Origin: the human T2T-CHM13v2.0 reference genome, Homo sapiens
NCBI RefSeq assembly: GCF_009914755.1
Contig: NC_060930.1
DNA: 64,000 bases
Strand: one strand, 5' to 3'
The position numbers and the translations under genes are program-made. The notes beneath the pieces were generated by a model that made no database searches, was not told where the DNA came from, and saw only the letters and a list, made by a program, of their open reading frames with translations. This document shows positions 59,560 through 64,000 of this stretch, in pieces (the stretch's first letter is position 1; each line of letters starts with the position of its first letter).

Positions 59560-61803
59560 ATTCAGTTTTTCTAAAACTGCACTGAACTAAACTAAATTCT
59601 CCAGTGAGCATTCTCACAGCCTGTCATTTTCATGGGTTCACTTCCTACATTTTGTTCCTTAAATCTTAGTGACAATGCCTCTTAGAATGGAAGCTGAAAC
59701 AAACAAAAATTGTTAGGTTGTAGATGTTAGTTCCCTGTTGATACTAATTCTTTTCTCTTCTTCAATTTCTTATTTGATGAGAAAAAGCCCTCTCACATTC
59801 TCAAGTTCAATGGTCTTTTCAGCAGAAGGGCACATGCTAGTAAATATAATTTTCTATCTGTGTGTGTCTGAGTTGGTGATAATAACACCTCACATCTGTG
59901 GAAGATAAATTATTACTCTCCTTGGAAAAACTCTGACAAAGATTAAGTTTTCTTGAGACTATTACATATTGTTTCACAATTTAAAAAAAAGTTATAAAAC
60001 TTATCAAAGTATTAAAATAGTGCATTTCTGTTATAATAAAAATAGCTTCTGTATATATGGGTTTCTCATATATATAAATATATATGGGTTTCTCCTAACT
60101 CTTCAGGGTAGATATTATTATATTCAGAAATTGTGGATCAGAAAAAAAAAGTAAGTACTTGCCCAAGGTCACACAGCTATAAAATGGCAGAGCTGGGATA
60201 TAAGCTATGTCACAATTTGCTCTAAATTATACCATGCCAAGTCCCCTTCAAGCCTTAAATCCCTAAAACCTCATAAATATAGAACTCTCAGGGCTTCTGT
60301 AAAAGCCCTATGGTCTAACCTCTTAATTTTACAAACAAAGAAACTGAAACCCAGAGAAGTTAAGTGATTAACCAGGATCACACAGTAATTAGAACTTAGA
60401 TCTTATGATCCTGGGCCACTGATTGTTTCTGCATGCAAATCTGAAATTTAAAATTTGAGAACTATGAATGAAAAATGTTTAAATGAAAGTTGAAAAACAT
60501 CCCAACTTTGGATACAGTCTTAATGTAGGAATATTTGCCACCTAATATTGATACTGATATTGTGAAGAGTGGGAAGTGGCAATGGAGTGTGAAGAAGATG
60601 AAGGTCTTGACCTTCTTTCCTGAAGGTTGACCTGCTCTAGGAGAGGAAACCAATCATCCCTTCTTTCTTTCTTCATCCTGCGCCAGGACCATGGCATGTG
60701 CTGTTCCATCTGCCTGCTATGATTCCCTACCTCTCACTTGGTTAACCATCATTCTTCCTTCAGATCTCAGCTCAGAGCATCACTTCCTCAGGGAGATCTT
60801 CCTAGAATTCACTGGCTCCACTTACACTCTGGGCCTGCAGTGTGGAATGACTGCAGTTTCCTGGGTTAACCAGGACCCTGGATCATGGCTCAAGCTGACA
60901 TCTGCTGGCAATGCCACCTTCCCCATTTATATTTGTGGAGCCACCTTTACTCCACCTTTTTCACCTGGCAGACACCAAATTATCCTTAAGACATAGTTTA
61001 ATCATTACCTTTCCTTAAGGATGGGGTGGCCATGATGACTACCATGGCCTCAGAGCTCTTATCACAATGCCACTAGCACTTTGTTGAGTTCACTGCTTTA
61101 TAGCTCTATCCCCACTGCTAGAATGTGACCAAGTTTTTTATCACTGCATCCAGAGGGGTTTGAATGGTTCTGGGAATAAGAGATATTTGTTAAAGAAATG
61201 CTTTTTCAAAAAAAATTAGATCACTGGAAATTATTCAATTCATACTGAAACCCTGATTGGGAACTAGATAGTAAATATTTACAGTTTATCGCAATAGAAA
61301 GTTCTTCATTGCTTATGTGGATATATTATAGTTATGATGCAAGTTACTCTGTTTACACTGTACAAAACAAAATTTCCAGTGGTTTGTGAAGCTATATAGT
61401 GTCTTTTATATGTCACACTGTAAATATTTGCTGAAGTCATGCAATGGGCTATACACTTGCAGAATTTTAAGAGGTGTTTGGTAATTTTCTGTGCTGTCAA
61501 AGAAGGTGAAGTCTAAACTAGGTGTTAGCACTATTAGATTTATTCAGAAAACTTATCTTCCTACCTGTACCAAAATCACCAGCTCCAGGGGCACAGGAAA
61601 GCCCTTCTCACACCTGACAGAGCTCCTCAGACTAAAGCTAGAGCCCAGGACACATCCTCTGTGCCTTGGGGCCAGCAATAATGTTCCTGCCCTGCTGCAG
61701 TGTGGCCTCCTTCTCCACTGGACCCTGAGACCTCAGGGCTGAGCAGTTCCCTGGTGAAACACATTCTTTCTGTACTAACACCCTTCCCTTTCTAACTACA
61801 CCA

Positions 61804-62302
61804 TATCAGTTTCCTTTTGGCATTCTATCAAATTACTATAAACATAGGGGCTTAAAAGAGCACAAGTTTATTATCTTACAGTTCTGGAGGTTAGAAATCT
61901 GAAGTGAGTCTCACTGGGCTAACATCCAAGGGTAGGCAGGGCTGTGTTCCCTTCTGGAGGCCGTACGGGACAATCAGTTTCCCTGCCTTTCCGGCTTCTA
62001 GGGGCTGCCCACATTCTTTGGCTCATGGACTCTTCCTCCATCTTCAAAGCCAGCAACTACAGGTTGAATCCTTCTCACGTTGCTTTACTCTGCCCTCCTT
62101 TTCTGCCTCTCTCTTCCAGTTTTAAGGATCACAATGTGATTACATGTGGCCCACCTAAATAATTCATAATAATCTTCTCATCTCAAGGTCCTTTACTTAA
62201 TATCGGTGAAGTCCGTTTTGCTAAGGTAACATATATACAGAGTCTGGTGTTTAAGATACGGACATCTTTATGGGGAAGATGGGCATTATTCTGCCTCCCA
62301 CA
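61804..62302 (-). mobile_element. MLT1C/D MaLR LTR
   Basis: tttattatcttacagttctggagg...cacattctttggctcatgg...catcttcaaagccagcaa. Confidence 0.8.
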
Positions 62303-62759
62303 TCCACCATTTCCATGATTATTGCCATTTTCATTCAGATATATACAGCAATTTGATTATTCTCCAATAAAGTCATTAATTTAATAGATATTTATTGATT
62401 ACTTTGGCTATAAAGATGAGTTAAAATATATATGTTTACATCTAATATAAAATATACAGAGCCAAGCAAACAGTTGTAAAACCATGTGAAAACTGTCATC
62501 TGAAAAGAATTTCAGGGTATTAAGAGATCAGAGAGGAAATAGTGCTCAAGTCATCTCTGAATGAGACTGGAGATTGGAAATTGACTAGAAGGCACCTGGC
62601 AGGGGGAGCTTGGAGACAATCTTGAAGAATGTCTGAGAATTTTCCAAATAGACAATAGAGAATAGAAGGGGCTAGATAGAGAGAACAGCATATGTGAAGG
62701 CTCTAGACTGTGAGAAAGTATGTGGGCTTTGGGAACTGTGGTTAACTTGGTGTCACTAG

Positions 62760-62970
62760 AGCACTGCTGTCCTGTCGCACTTACAGTGATGATGCAACTA
62801 TTCTGTGTCTGTGCTGTCATCACCGTCGCCACTGACCACATGTGGCTATTCAGCACTTGAGATGTGGTTAGTTGACAATGGGACTGAATATTTTCTTTTG
62901 TTTTATTGTAATTAATTTAAATCTAAATAGCCACATGTGGCTAGTGACTACCATATTGTCAGCACAGCTG
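62760..62970. mobile_element. MER3-like hAT element
   Basis: ccacatgtggctattcagcacttgagatgtgg...tagccacatgtggctagtgactaccatatt. Confidence 0.75.
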
Positions 62971-64000
62971 TAGGGCATAGAGTACCTCTGAGTGGGTGAT
63001 GGGAGAGATGAAGCTGGAGAGGTGAATGGGGGTTGGATTATGCCAGGCTTTTGTTTGTTTGTTTGTTTGTTGTGCAGGGAGTTTTGCATTTGTCCCCTGG
63101 AGATGTGATTTTCAGGCTGTGTTCCATGGTCATTTGTTCTGTACAGGTTATCCAGGGCTGCTGCTGGGGCTGGCAGTGGGGTGGGAAAGGGTCAGGAAGA
63201 CTGAGTGGCTGGGTGGAAGTCTGCTCCCCGCTCCCCATAAACCCATCTCATGAGTTCCCTTCAGCTGAGCAGCTCCTATGACATCAGTTTAATATATTGG
63301 GCTTTTGTTGTATTGTATTATTGAGAGAAAATGACTGCGTTGCAGGATGGTGAGAAATAAATGATAGAGATTTGCATTTCTCGTATGTCACTCTGGCTAG
63401 AGGTCAGCTCAAGGCCGTGAGGAAGAGACTGGAGAGACAAGAGAAAAGAAGTGAGTCTGTCTTAATAGTCCCAACAACAGACCATTGGCTATCCAAATCG
63501 TCAGTACACCAGAGAATAGCTTTCAGGTGACCTGCGGACTTTCAACATGAAAAATTCAATCCAGAGTCCTGGGTGGGGCTCACGAGTCTGCATTTTTAAC
63601 AACTCACCAAGTTATTCTTATGTGCCCTAGAATTGGAAACCCATGTATCTCAAGATTTTTTGCACAAACTGCAGCCTGTAGGATAAGAGAGAAACTTAGA
63701 TCAGAGTAGAGGTTTTGCGACTCTAAGAACCAAAATGATTTCAGATGCCTGGTCATCCTCAACCTGGTGGACACGCCTTCATTCACTGGAGAAGCAGCAG
63801 CAGGGCTTGCTTCGAGTCCAGGGAAGCAAGAAAACAGATCTGATCCCCCTGTGGAGTGTGGAGTAGGGGCACTGCCCTTGATGGTGGGAGTGAAACCAAC
63901 TTGTTTGCAGGTAAGCACATGAGAGACAGCCCTGGAAGCACTCAGGGGTGATGAACTTGACATGGAAGCAGAAATCCTGCAAAGCCTGAGGTGGAAAGTT

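Overview
Human (primate) genomic DNA containing the complete IFNGR1 gene (interferon-gamma receptor 1, chr6q23) on the minus strand, plus about 40 kb of repeat-rich upstream sequence with no credible protein-coding gene. I located all 7 coding exons at canonical GT/AG junctions: 85+115+173+173+187+128+609 = 1470 nt, i.e. 489 aa plus stop. The CpG-island promoter is at ~23.5-24.1 kb and the poly(A) signal at 1862-1867. The rest is Alu, L1/L2/MIR, DNA-transposon (Tigger, MER1/2/3/20/33) and LTR relics, including a full-length THE1 element with an intact TSD and solo MLT2A, MER57 and MER11 LTRs. Nearly all ORFs in the supplied track outside the IFNGR1 exons are spurious. I see no new gene or new multi-gene system. 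The most notable unexplained structures are: (1) a near-identical ~80 bp templated insertion inside a MER1B, copied from 2.3 kb away, with an inverted junction fragment; (2) a 28-bp inverted repeat bracketing an AT-rich expansion in intron 6; (3) antisense LTRs with DUX4-type motifs inside IFNGR1; (4) exon-phase and inverted-Alu architecture that would permit decoy, ectodomain-less or circular isoforms; (5) an alternative in-frame N-terminal exon and a duplicated splice-donor motif in intron 1; (6) a dense NF-kB/AP-1/ETS cluster ~14.6 kb upstream. Repeat subfamily names come from recalled consensus sequences, and most repeat boundaries are approximate.
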